Shown: positions 49,000-58,226, counted from the stretch's first letter. The stretch: DNA of 64,000 nucleotides from Brevibacterium luteolum (GCF_013004595.1 NZ_JABEMC010000001.1:1-64000); one strand, 5' to 3'. Notes: generated from the sequence alone by a model not told the origin. Translations and numbers: made by a program.

Positions 49000-49706
49000 C
49001 TCTCGTCTACGGAGCGGACTTCATCCGCGCGATCCAGGCGCTGCTACCCATGGCCGGGAAGCGCTCGACAGCGGAGGTACACGTCGCTGTCGCGGTCACA
49101 CACGTCACGGTCTCTGCCGCCTCGGCCGGTCTCGGCGGCGTCTGCGCCCTCGGCACCAAGCACACCGCAGATACGGACGGGGAGGTCCACGACCTTGTCC
49201 TCACCGCCGACCAGGTCGCCCTGCTCGCCCGCGCATTCCCGGCCAAAGACCTCGACGAATCCGGCGAGTGGCTGCGCATCACCCGCCTCGATGACCGGCA
49301 CGCCGAGGTCGCCCTCGCCGAGGCCAAGCTCGGCGACCGCATTGAGCTCTACCTCACCGACAGCCTGCGCTCACCAGGAGACCTCGCCACGGTCGTGCTC
49401 GACGACTACCGCAAGCAGGCCGAAGCCACCAATCCGACCGACCGGCTCTCATGCCTGCAGCTCGATCCCGACCGGGCCCGCGTCTTCCTCTCAGCCACGA
49501 AACACCTCCCCGGCGACGTCGACTTCCGCCAAGCCGAGGACGGCGCACCGATCATCGGCACCATCGGCACCCATCTAGCCGGCTACATGATGCCCGCCGG
49601 CTGGTTCCCCGACAAGACCGACGAAGACGAGCTCAACACCGGCGCCGGCATCGCCTCAATCTCGATCGGACAGACCACCATCTACGACCACCTGGAGACA
49701 CCATGA
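48996..49706 (+). CDS. Putative beta-sliding-clamp-like phage protein
   Basis: Alternating helix/strand pattern resembling two DnaN domains, ending IGTHLAGYMMP (compare DnaN LLMPVR). Fold is inferred. Confidence 0.55.
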   Translation: MTLVYGADFIRAIQALLPMAGKRSTAEVHVAVAVTHVTVSAASAGLGGVCALGTKHTADTDGEVHDLVLTADQVALLARAFPAKDLDESGEWLRITRLDDRHAEVALAEAKLGDRIELYLTDSLRSPGDLATVVLDDYRKQAEATNPTDRLSCLQLDPDRARVFLSATKHLPGDVDFRQAEDGAPIIGTIGTHLAGYMMPAGWFPDKTDEDELNTGAGIASISIGQTTIYDHLETP

Positions 49707-50077
49707 CCACCACCCCCACCACCCACACCCCGACTGCACTCGCCCGCCAGGCCGCCGAAGCTAAGCTACCGACCGCGTGGCGGCGCGTCCCGTGCTGCGG
49801 CGTCTGCGGCGACGAGCTCACCGACGAGACAGGCGAAGCGCTCGCCGGGGTCTGCGAACCGTGCGGCCTCCGCTTCACCCCCCAAGGGCACGCCTTCTAC
49901 CTAGACCCGACTGCCGAACCCTGCGGTGCCGCCTGCGACTCCAAGTGGCACGCCCCGAACCGCATCTTGCCTGGCATCGCCTATGCCTGCGGCACCTGCA
50001 TCCTCCCTGCCGGCCACCCCAGCACGTTCCACGAGCAGGCATGCCAGCAAGTCCCGAACCAAGAGAGCGCCCGATGA
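49703..50077 (+). CDS. Cys/His-rich putative Zn-binding phage protein
   Basis: CCGVCG, CEPCG and CILPAGHP..HEQAC. Confidence 0.75.
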   Translation: MTTTPTTHTPTALARQAAEAKLPTAWRRVPCCGVCGDELTDETGEALAGVCEPCGLRFTPQGHAFYLDPTAEPCGAACDSKWHAPNRILPGIAYACGTCILPAGHPSTFHEQACQQVPNQESAR

Positions 50078-50334
50078 ACCACACCCCGACATGGACTCTC
50101 ACCGACATGGACAACCGCGACGAGACCGGCGCCCCGCACCAAATCACCGGCCCGCCAGATCACCTCATCCCATACCTCGACGGACCAGTCCGCAACGACC
50201 TCAGAACAGCCCAAGCCGCCACGCGCCTCGACCAGCTCATCACCGCCTACCGCAACCACGACATCGACTGCGCTCGCCACCTCGGACCGGTGCTCGCGAT
50301 CTACACGGAGGTGATACGCGATGAGAACGCCTAA
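50074..50334 (+). CDS. Phage hypothetical protein
   Basis: ATGA coupling. Confidence 0.7.
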   Translation: MNHTPTWTLTDMDNRDETGAPHQITGPPDHLIPYLDGPVRNDLRTAQAATRLDQLITAYRNHDIDCARHLGPVLAIYTEVIRDENA

Positions 50335-50503
50335 GTATGTCGGCAATCGGGACCGCGACCGCTGGCAGCGCTGCCACCACTGCAACACCAGCAGCATCTC
50401 CTGCCGCACCAACATCCGCGACCGCGCTCGCCCGTGCTGCGACTTCTGCTCACCGACCGCGCACGACCAGGAACTCAACGAGACGAAGGAGGAGCGACCA
50501 TGA
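50321..50503 (+). CDS. Small Zn-finger-like phage protein
   Basis: GGAGG RBS; CHHC and CCDFC. Confidence 0.7.
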   Translation: MRTPKYVGNRDRDRWQRCHHCNTSSISCRTNIRDRARPCCDFCSPTAHDQELNETKEERP

Positions 50504-50732
50504 GCGAGTTCACGACCGGCGACACGACCGCCGTATGCGCTGTGAGGCACGCCGCCGTATGCGCCGTGAAGCGCACCGCCGTCGGCTGCGGGAGATCCAT
50601 AAGTACGGATTTTCGGCGGGTGACCTTGGCGGCTGGGTGGGGTCAGAGGCGACCCCGACACACCCAGGTGCCGCTTGGGTGCTTGATGACGCGCAGGTGC
50701 CCGGCAGTTGCGAGCAGGGGAGGGAGTGAACC

Positions 50733-50975
50733 ATGCCGGTGTTTGATGCATACCGGGACTTTACGCACGCCGTTTTAGCTGCTCTTGGCCTTGACCCGTC
50801 CTGCGTGATCGCCCACTCCGTCGATGTGGAAGGGAGTGTGGTGAGCGTGGAGGAGGTGCAGCGTGACGGTAAAGGCTGCGTCGTCCTTGATTGGGACGGT
50901 GAGGCCGTGAAGCGCCGCCGCTACTACCGCCTCACTGCTGAAGAACTGCACAGCCCACGAAAGGAAACACCATGA
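50733..50975 (+). CDS. Phage hypothetical protein
   Basis: GGGAG RBS; coupled to the next gene. Confidence 0.7.
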   Translation: MPVFDAYRDFTHAVLAALGLDPSCVIAHSVDVEGSVVSVEEVQRDGKGCVVLDWDGEAVKRRRYYRLTAEELHSPRKETP

Positions 50976-51430
50976 CTGAGTTCAAGAAGGGCGACATTGT
51001 GCGCCTGACCAGAGGCGAGCCGGACATGCCGGGATACGGGTGCCAGGTGCGCGAGGTGACGTATGGCCGTGTCGCACGGGGGATGATCGAGCCGCACATC
51101 CTGCCCGTCTACGAGGAGAGGGGCTGGAAGATCGAGCTGATCGAGCGCCCGCTGCCGACGAAGCCGAACACTCTCGGCTGGGCGACCGTGGACGGCCGCA
51201 GGTACCTCGCCCGGCTGTCATACGACCAGTGGGAGCTGTACAACACGGACGGCGTGCTCGGGGCTACACCGCACCCGAGCGCTATCGAGGACTTCGCTGA
51301 GGCCGCACTCATCCCGAAGGAACTGGCCGACAAGGTCATGGAATGGGCTGGCGACGAGGGCGGGAAGTGGCGCGCGGGCGGTATCTTGCAGCAGATCGCA
51401 GACCACCTGAAAGGACAAGACGATGAGTGA
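50972..51430 (+). CDS. Phage hypothetical protein (MTEFKKGDIVRL)
   Basis: AAGGA RBS; ATGA coupling. Confidence 0.75.
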   Translation: MTEFKKGDIVRLTRGEPDMPGYGCQVREVTYGRVARGMIEPHILPVYEERGWKIELIERPLPTKPNTLGWATVDGRRYLARLSYDQWELYNTDGVLGATPHPSAIEDFAEAALIPKELADKVMEWAGDEGGKWRAGGILQQIADHLKGQDDE

Positions 51431-51731
51431 CCGACTGACCAACGCGGTTGAGGCCCTGACGTTCTGGTACGACAGCGAGCACTGGTTCCCCTTCGTGGAG
51501 TCAGAGACTGCCGACGTCACGGGGCCGGGTCATCAGGACAAGGCCGCTTTCGCTGAGATGGTGAACGCATACGACCAGCTGTGTGTCGGAGCGGACGACG
51601 TTGGCTGGGCGACCGGCGATGACGTGCAGTGGCGGTGGGCAGTGCTCGACGTGGAGGCGGAGAGGTTCGAGCTGGTAGCCGAGGGCGCGCCCGGCGCGGT
51701 GCCGGTGACCTGCATGTGGGGTGTTCGTTGA
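51423..51731 (+). CDS. Phage hypothetical protein
   Basis: AAAGGA RBS; overlaps the previous gene. Confidence 0.75.
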   Translation: MSDRLTNAVEALTFWYDSEHWFPFVESETADVTGPGHQDKAAFAEMVNAYDQLCVGADDVGWATGDDVQWRWAVLDVEAERFELVAEGAPGAVPVTCMWGVR

Positions 51732-51919
51732 GGTGGCTTCCGTTGCGCATCCACGTTGGCCTGAACGTCGAGATCGCCGGCCCGGAACCGCCGCATTACG
51801 ACTCTGAAACGTCGTCGGTCGCGGACCCCGCGGCTGAGACAACCTCGCCGGAGTTGCATATCGGGTTCCGGCCGAACCAGGAAGATCACGACGACGGCAT
51901 GTTGGGAGACCGGAAATGA
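51728..51919 (+). CDS. Small phage protein
   Basis: TTGA coupling fills the gap between neighbours. Confidence 0.5.
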   Translation: MRWLPLRIHVGLNVEIAGPEPPHYDSETSSVADPAAETTSPELHIGFRPNQEDHDDGMLGDRK

Positions 51920-52125
51920 GCACCATGCAGCCAGGGCACGAGAGCTGCAGTTTCGCCACCATCGAGGAGCGCAGCCTCACGACCGGTGAGACCAGCGTCC
52001 AGGCCATCGTCTGCCGACACGACCACCGCGAAAAGCTCCACGCAGTCAACGCCCTCGGTGATCAGTCATTCGTCGGCTGGCGCTGCCACTGCTGTAACCG
52101 CATCATCCGACCTCAGGACATCTAA
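51916..52125 (+). CDS. Small Cys/His phage protein
   Basis: GGAG RBS; CRH and CHCC. Confidence 0.65.
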   Translation: MSTMQPGHESCSFATIEERSLTTGETSVQAIVCRHDHREKLHAVNALGDQSFVGWRCHCCNRIIRPQDI

Positions 52126-52319
52126 TGACCATCCATACCACTGCCGGTGCTCTCGACCGTGAGGACCTCGACTCCACGGTCACAGTCGAGCTGCCAGGCA
52201 ACAGCCGGTGGACCGGCAGGCTCACCGGCCTACACCACGGCCCGGACAACATGGTCCGCGTCGTCGTCGACCGCCGCCACCTCATCATCAACCGCTCAAC
52301 CGACGTCACGATCCACTAG
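52125..52319 (+). CDS. Small beta-rich phage protein
   Basis: TAATG overlap. Confidence 0.7.
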   Translation: MTIHTTAGALDREDLDSTVTVELPGNSRWTGRLTGLHHGPDNMVRVVVDRRHLIINRSTDVTIH

Positions 52320-52327
52320 GAGGAATC

Positions 52328-52477
52328 ATGCCCACCCCACCCGCGTCCCTGCCTGTCTTCGGCCCACACGCCCAGATCGTCACCCTCGACGAGGACGGCG
52401 ACCTGTTCATCTGGGAAGTCGAGACCGACGGCAACCTCACCGCCCGCTCGATCCCGAACGTCCCCGTCGAGGAGTGA
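52328..52477 (+). CDS. Small phage protein
   Basis: GGAGG RBS before ATG 52328. Confidence 0.65.
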   Translation: MPTPPASLPVFGPHAQIVTLDEDGDLFIWEVETDGNLTARSIPNVPVEE

Positions 52478-52480
52478 CAC

Positions 52481-52855
52481 ATGGACGACGTGCTCTTCGT
52501 GATCATCACCGCTGTCACCTGGGCCGTGGCGGGCTGGACGCTGAACACGGCGATCCATGCTCGCCGCCGCCGGCGGCTCATCGCCCAGCAGGCAGCAGCC
52601 GAAGCGACCAGCACCATCATCGCCGCAATCGCCGCCCTGGAAGCCCGGCTCGGCGTGCGGATCGCAATGGCCAAATACGCCGCCATCAGCCCGGACGAGA
52701 TCCGCAACGGCGACCGCATCCACTGGACCTCCAACGACGGCGAAGACGCCATCGATTACACCGCCGGCTACCACGGCGATACCGGCAACCAGACCGGCGG
52801 CCGCTTCTACCGCACCGAATGGGAGCGCGACGACCACGACTCCGACGACCGCTAA
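52481..52855 (+). CDS. Phage membrane-anchored protein
   Basis: N-terminal TM followed by RRRRR; GAGGAG RBS. Confidence 0.65.
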   Translation: MDDVLFVIITAVTWAVAGWTLNTAIHARRRRRLIAQQAAAEATSTIIAAIAALEARLGVRIAMAKYAAISPDEIRNGDRIHWTSNDGEDAIDYTAGYHGDTGNQTGGRFYRTEWERDDHDSDDR

Positions 52856-52904
52856 CCCCTACATCACCTGACCACCCGATGACACCACGAGAGGCACACA
52901 CCGC

Positions 52905-54263
52905 ATGGCATGGCTCCGAGGCGGAGACACCGCACCCACACACCCGGTCGCGCTCGCCATTCTGGGACACCCAGACGCAGACGATCGGCTGCTCAATGAG
53001 CTGTTCGGGTTCGTCATGCGCTGCGCGATGGCCTCGACGGCGCACAACATCGAGTACCGGATCACGAGGGGCACAGCCGTGCTGATGGCAGGAGGGCATG
53101 CCCGGGCGGAGAAGCTCCTTGAGTATGCGGTGTGGGCTGGCTACCTCACGGAGGTCGACGGGTCGGCCGGCACGGAGTTCGAGCTCATCCGGGATGACGA
53201 GTTCATTCACCTCATCCCGTGGGATCAGCGCGAGTGGGCGAAACAGCAGAAACGCGACCGCAACAACTGGTCGATCGTCATCCCGGTCCGCCTGCGGGAT
53301 GGCGACGGCTGCCGTTACTGCGGTCGCGTCGTGCAGTGGGAGAACAACAAGGCTGCCCTCGCTGGCACGTATGACCACTTGCACCCTGGCCAGACGGCCA
53401 CGATCGACACCTACGTCGTCGCCTGCCGCGGCTGCAACACCCGGTACGGCGACATGCCCTACAGCGAGAAGAAGGACGATCTGCTGCCACCGCCGATCGA
53501 CCCGTACTTCTCGGAGTTCACGGTCACGTGGATGCAAGGGAACAGGTGGGTCCGCGACAACGATGTCACGATCCCGAAGCCCTCCCGCCGCCGCTTGAGC
53601 CCAGGAGCGCTCGCGATGGCGAAGAAGAAGACTTCGGTCGGCAGCCAGCCGGCCAAGGCAGACGGTCCGCGGGGACACTCGACAGAGCACACCCCCGCGT
53701 CTGCGTCGGATGCTGGTCCGCTGGGTAGCGGCGAGGATAGGCCGTCCTCGTCTGACCCCGCAGCATCCGACACCCCACAGCCCGGTCCGAGGGACACTAC
53801 CGACCGCCAGTCGGAGCAGGACCCCGCGGGCACCACGGCTCGGCCCGAGGGACTATCCGGCATCCAGCCGGAGCGAGACCCCGCGAGCCCTACCAGTTCG
53901 GGTCCGAGGGACACTACTGACCGCCAGTCGGAGCAGGACCCCGCCGAACACCGCCCCAGTGACCGTCCGCAAAGTGCAGATCCTGCACCGCTTGCGAGGC
54001 CGTCACCAGGGGAAACACCGTTTGGAGCAGATAACGAGCAGAAATCGAGCAGAAACTGCCCGTCTCTGCCCAAAACTGCTCCAAACGTCAACCACGTCGT
54101 TGGGCAGACTCGGGACGGGTCGGGACGGGACGGGCCTGGGTTGGGCCAGGGTCGTGCTGGGTCGGGTCGTGTCGAGTCTGGCCGGGCGTGGGCTGGGACT
54201 GGACGGGAGCGCGCCTCGTCCAGCCCTGATGCCAACGTGCCGAGAAAGAGAAGGCGGAGATGA
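52905..54263 (+). CDS. Putative replication-initiator-like protein with HNH domain and repetitive C-terminus
   Basis: MAWLRGGD N-terminus; RLRDGDGCRYCG...DHLHP...VACRGCN HNH; position before VRR-NUC. Confidence 0.7.
   Translation: MAWLRGGDTAPTHPVALAILGHPDADDRLLNELFGFVMRCAMASTAHNIEYRITRGTAVLMAGGHARAEKLLEYAVWAGYLTEVDGSAGTEFELIRDDEFIHLIPWDQREWAKQQKRDRNNWSIVIPVRLRDGDGCRYCGRVVQWENNKAALAGTYDHLHPGQTATIDTYVVACRGCNTRYGDMPYSEKKDDLLPPPIDPYFSEFTVTWMQGNRWVRDNDVTIPKPSRRRLSPGALAMAKKKTSVGSQPAKADGPRGHSTEHTPASASDAGPLGSGEDRPSSSDPAASDTPQPGPRDTTDRQSEQDPAGTTARPEGLSGIQPERDPASPTSSGPRDTTDRQSEQDPAEHRPSDRPQSADPAPLARPSPGETPFGADNEQKSSRNCPSLPKTAPNVNHVVGQTRDGSGRDGPGLGQGRAGSGRVESGRAWAGTGRERASSSPDANVPRKRRRR
53784..53944 (+). 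repeat. 44-bp direct repeat (2 copies, 1 mismatch) plus partial copies
   Basis: GGTCCGAGGGACACTACYGACCGCCAGTCGGAGCAGGACCCCGC at 53784 and 53901; partial copies near 53664 and 53842. Confidence 0.9.
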
Positions 54264-54583
54264 AAGCCAAGGAATACCGCCAGCAGATCGGCGAGTCGAT
54301 GTCTGAGAAGCAGCTGCAGGAGCACGTCGTTGCTCTGGCTCTTCGGCTCGGATGGCTGGTGTATCACACGTTTGATTCGCGGCGGTCGGCGCCGGGGTTC
54401 CCGGATCTGGTGCTCGCCCGTGGGGCCGTGCTCTACCGGGAGCTCAAGGCCGCCAACGGTGTGCTGTCGCCTGCGCAGAAGACGTGGTTGCAGGGGCTGC
54501 GTGTGGCGGGTGCTGATGCTGGCGTGTGGCGGCCGGCGCATCTGTTGGACGGGACGATCGAGAGGGAGTTGAGGGGACGATGA
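54260..54583 (+). CDS. VRR-NUC domain nuclease
   Basis: SEKQLQ..V...GFPDLVL...RELK...LSPAQKTWL...VWRP. Confidence 0.9.
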   Translation: MKAKEYRQQIGESMSEKQLQEHVVALALRLGWLVYHTFDSRRSAPGFPDLVLARGAVLYRELKAANGVLSPAQKTWLQGLRVAGADAGVWRPAHLLDGTIERELRGR

Positions 54584-55356
54584 TGGACGTCGATGCGGGT
54601 GCACGGGTGGACGAGTGGCGGGCGCTGCTGTCTCGGTTGCCGGCGCTGTGGCAGGAGCTGCATGTGACGAAGTGCCGGCAGGACGTGATAGCGAACCGCT
54701 CGGCATCGGCGGTGTCGTCGTCGCCGCTGGTGTTCCGTGTGGATGCCTCAGAGGTGCAGTGGCGGATCCGGGATCTGCTGCAGACGATCGCTTCGCGGTA
54801 CGACATGCAGGCAGGGCAGGTGATTCGGTACCGGCAGCCCGGTGAGCTGATGGTGCTGCTGGCCCGGCATGTCACGTGGGTGGCCAAGCATGCTGATGCC
54901 GAGGTGTGGATGGATGAGCTCTCAGCCCTGGATCGTCAGGGCTGGCAGGTCGTCAACCGTCCACCGGACCTCATCCGCCTCGGCGTCTGCGGTGCCGCAC
55001 TTGATGACGGCTTCACCTGTCAGGCTGAGCTGTGGCATGAGCCAGGACAGACCGCAGTCGAATGCCCGATGTGCTCGACGGTCACCGATGTAGCCCACCG
55101 CAAGGACCAGGACCTGGCGCGTGCCGCCCGGTACAGGGCGCCCCTGTCGGTGGTGGTGGAGGCACTGGCCGCCACCGGTGTGCCTGTCCGCCTGGAGCAG
55201 GCGCGCAAGTGGACGCAGCGCCGCGACCGTCACGGCCGCGCGCTGCTTGAGCCGGCGACAACGCGAGCTGATGGAACGAAGCTCTACGAAGTTGGTGAAG
55301 TTCTTCGCGTTGCCACTTCGAGACGTGCGAAACGCGCAGGAACGAGCGAACGTTGA
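54580..55356 (+). CDS. Zn-finger plus C-terminal HTH protein; candidate late-gene regulator
   Basis: LGVC...TC...ECPMC, then ARKWTQR...LYEVGEV; last gene before the packaging module. Confidence 0.7.
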   Translation: MMDVDAGARVDEWRALLSRLPALWQELHVTKCRQDVIANRSASAVSSSPLVFRVDASEVQWRIRDLLQTIASRYDMQAGQVIRYRQPGELMVLLARHVTWVAKHADAEVWMDELSALDRQGWQVVNRPPDLIRLGVCGAALDDGFTCQAELWHEPGQTAVECPMCSTVTDVAHRKDQDLARAARYRAPLSVVVEALAATGVPVRLEQARKWTQRRDRHGRALLEPATTRADGTKLYEVGEVLRVATSRRAKRAGTSER

Positions 55357-55436
55357 CCATTCCGACTTCTGTCCCATATCATCGAGGTAACGTCGCCAGA
55401 GTTGGCGCGAGACCTCGAAGCACACGCTTCGGGGTC
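55353..55436 (+). promoter_or_regulatory. Candidate late promoter followed by hairpins
   Basis: TTGACC-N18-TATCAT, then CGCCA-gagt-TGGCG and GACCTCGAAGC-acac-GCTTCGGGGTC. Confidence 0.55.
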
Positions 55437-55456
55437 GTTGTCATTCAGGAGCCGTC

Positions 55457-55813
55457 ATGGTCATGAAACCGTGCAACGCTCCGGGTTGCCCCACGCTCGT
55501 CGCCGTCGGCACCGGCAGATGCCAAGCCCATCAAGCCGAAGCCGAGCAGCGCCGTGGGTCATCGACGGCCCGAGGCTATGGCCGAGCACACCGCCGCCGC
55601 TTCCGCCCCGCAGTCCTCGCCCGCAACCCGATATGCGTCATCTGCTTCCGCAGGCCCTCGACCGAAGCCGACCACTTCCCGCTCTCACGTGCCGAGCTCA
55701 TCGACCGAGGCCTCGACCCGAACGATCCACAGCACGGCCGCGGCTTATGCAAGCCGTGCCACTCGGCCGAGACGGCCACCCATCAGCCGGGCGGATTCCA
55801 CCGCGAACCCTGA
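55457..55813 (+). CDS. Packaging-associated HNH endonuclease
   Basis: KPCNAPGC, RGYG, CVIC...ADHFP...LCKPCHSAET. Confidence 0.88.
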   Translation: MVMKPCNAPGCPTLVAVGTGRCQAHQAEAEQRRGSSTARGYGRAHRRRFRPAVLARNPICVICFRRPSTEADHFPLSRAELIDRGLDPNDPQHGRGLCKPCHSAETATHQPGGFHREP

Positions 55814-56047
55814 CCCCGGCCCGCCGCATCGACCACGACCCCGCCGCCCGCCGGCACCTCGCGACCACCCCGCACAGGGGTGGGGGTAGACCCCCGAACA
55901 GGGGCAAAGCCCGACCGCCGGTGAGGGGAAAAAAGTCCGCGACGGGTTCAAAAAAATCGGGTATCCGCCCTGGTCAGAACCACAATCGAGGCGCGCAACG
56001 CGCCCCGATTCGCAGTGCCGCAACGGCACGACTCGAAGGGAACGATC

Positions 56048-56542
56048 ATGCCATCAGGAGGTGCACGAAACCGCTCCGGCCCGGCCGCAGACATCAACTC
56101 CTACCGCCAGCGCCGCGACGCCGACGGTTGGGTGAAGCTGCCGCCGCGTGTCGACCGCCGCCGCTCACCGAACTGGCCACTCCGTCCAGCCATGAACGAC
56201 CGCGAACGCGAACTCTGGCGCCGCTTCTGGCGCATGGGCCAGTCCATCGTCTGGGAATCCCAGCACCAGCAGCTCGCGCTCGCCGTCTACGTCCGTCAGT
56301 TCGTGGCCGTGGAGGAGCTGAACTTTGATGTGCCGACGTCGAGGCTGAACTCCCTGCGCATCCAGGCTGATGATCTGGGGATCACGATGCCAGGCCTGAA
56401 CCGGTACCGGTGGCGGTATACGACGACGGAGGAGCTGCAGAAGCAGGCCGACGACGTGGTGTCGAGGAAGGATCGCCGCCGGCGTTCGACGGCTGAGCAG
56501 ATCGCTGAGCTGCTGCCGATGGTGGCGGACGATGAGCGATGA
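56048..56542 (+). CDS. Terminase small subunit
   Basis: MPSGGARNRSGP...LWRRFWR..Q...W...LGITMPGL; directly upstream of terL. Confidence 0.8.
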   Translation: MPSGGARNRSGPAADINSYRQRRDADGWVKLPPRVDRRRSPNWPLRPAMNDRERELWRRFWRMGQSIVWESQHQQLALAVYVRQFVAVEELNFDVPTSRLNSLRIQADDLGITMPGLNRYRWRYTTTEELQKQADDVVSRKDRRRRSTAEQIAELLPMVADDER

Positions 56543-58220
56543 GCGTCCACCGCTGCCGAAGTACCACGTACCGCACCCGACCAAGACGCTCGGCTACTTC
56601 CTATCGGACTGGCTGGCACATCACGCGGTTGTACCCGAGGGTGACCTCGCCGGTGACCCGTTCGAGCCGACGATCGATCACAAGATCTTCCTCGCCAACC
56701 ACTACCGCGTCCGCCCGGACGCCCTGCCCACACAGCGGGCGGCGGCGTTCGTCCACCGCCGTTCAGCGTGGATCGCCGCGCAGAAGGTCGGCAAGAGCCC
56801 CGGGATTGCCGGGCACGCACTGATCGAGTTCGTCGGGCCAGCGCTGTTCGCCGGCTGGGCGACCGGCAGTGAGACTCACCGGTGTGCCGAGTACGGCTGC
56901 CCGTGCGGGTGGGAGTACGACTACATGCCAGGTGAACCGATGGGCCGGCCATGGGCGACGCCGCGCATCCAGCTCGCCGCCGTCGTCGAGGACCAGGTGG
57001 AGAACACCTGGGGTGCACTCGTCCCGATGATCGACGACGGGCCGCTGGCCAATGTCATCCCGAAGACAGGTGAAGAGTTCATCCGCCACCCGAACGGGAA
57101 CCGTGACTCGCTCATCGAGGTCGTGACCTCGAAGGCTGACTCGAAGCTCGGTGCTCGCATCTCGGCGGCGTTCCCGGACGAGACTGGCCTTTACACCGAC
57201 TCGAACAAGATGAAGAAGTTCAACCGCACGCTCATGCGCGGCCTCGGAGGCATGGGCGGGCGGATGGTCGAGTCGTCCAACCCCTACGACCCGGCGGAGA
57301 GTTCCTGGTTGCAGGACACCGTCGAGGGCAACTATCCAGACGTCTACGTGCACTACTTCCCGCCGCCGAAGCACCTTAAGTTCGAGGACAAGGACGACAG
57401 ACGCAAGATCTTCGCGTTCAACTACCAGTTCTCGCCGTGGGTGGACCTCCGCGACATCGAGTCGACCAGCGCCGAGCTGATGAAGCTCAGTCCTGCCGAG
57501 GCAGAGCGCTTCTACGGTAACCGGATCCGTGCCGGCAGTAGTGCGTGGCTCCGCCGTGAAGCGTGGGACCTCCGCGCAGCGGACCCGCCCATCGTGGTAA
57601 GGCCACGCACCCGCATCTGTCTGGGCTTTGACGGCTCGGACACCAACGACTGGACGGGATTCCGCGCCGAGACCCTCGACCAGCACCAGTTCACGCCGCG
57701 CTACCACGACGGGCAGCGCGAAACGATCTGGAACCCCCGCGATTGGGGAGGCTCCGTCCCCCGTCTCGAAGTCGATGCGGCGCTCGCCTGGATCATGAGC
57801 GAGTACGAGGTTGTTCGAGCCTACTTCGACGTCTCCGGTTGGAAGACCGAGATCGCGATGTGGGCGGCGAAGTACGGCGAGAAGAAGATCATCGAGTTCC
57901 GCACCGAGCGTCTGAACATCATGTGGGAGGAGCTCAAGCGGTTCAAGAACGACGTCCTCAATCCTGATTCCGAGCTCACCCATGACGGCTGTGAGACCAC
58001 CGCGGTCCACATCAGGAACGCTGTAGAGCGGGCCATCGGACATCAGGGCAAGTACTACATCGTCAAGGCTTCAGAAGATCAGAAGATCGACCTCGGCATG
58101 TCCTCGGTGCTCGCTCACGCGGCGACCTCGGACGCGATCGCCGCCGGCGCCGCCCGCAAGGCTGATTCGACGATCTACACCGGCACCTCGACCGCTCGCG
58201 CATCCTATGGAAGGTGGTGA
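56532..58220 (+). CDS. Terminase large subunit
   Basis: AAQKVGKS Walker A-like motif, PDETG, LGFDGS..DWT and KID nuclease motifs. Confidence 0.9.
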   Translation: MSDERPPLPKYHVPHPTKTLGYFLSDWLAHHAVVPEGDLAGDPFEPTIDHKIFLANHYRVRPDALPTQRAAAFVHRRSAWIAAQKVGKSPGIAGHALIEFVGPALFAGWATGSETHRCAEYGCPCGWEYDYMPGEPMGRPWATPRIQLAAVVEDQVENTWGALVPMIDDGPLANVIPKTGEEFIRHPNGNRDSLIEVVTSKADSKLGARISAAFPDETGLYTDSNKMKKFNRTLMRGLGGMGGRMVESSNPYDPAESSWLQDTVEGNYPDVYVHYFPPPKHLKFEDKDDRRKIFAFNYQFSPWVDLRDIESTSAELMKLSPAEAERFYGNRIRAGSSAWLRREAWDLRAADPPIVVRPRTRICLGFDGSDTNDWTGFRAETLDQHQFTPRYHDGQRETIWNPRDWGGSVPRLEVDAALAWIMSEYEVVRAYFDVSGWKTEIAMWAAKYGEKKIIEFRTERLNIMWEELKRFKNDVLNPDSELTHDGCETTAVHIRNAVERAIGHQGKYYIVKASEDQKIDLGMSSVLAHAATSDAIAAGAARKADSTIYTGTSTARASYGRW

Positions 58221-58226
58221 CTGCGC

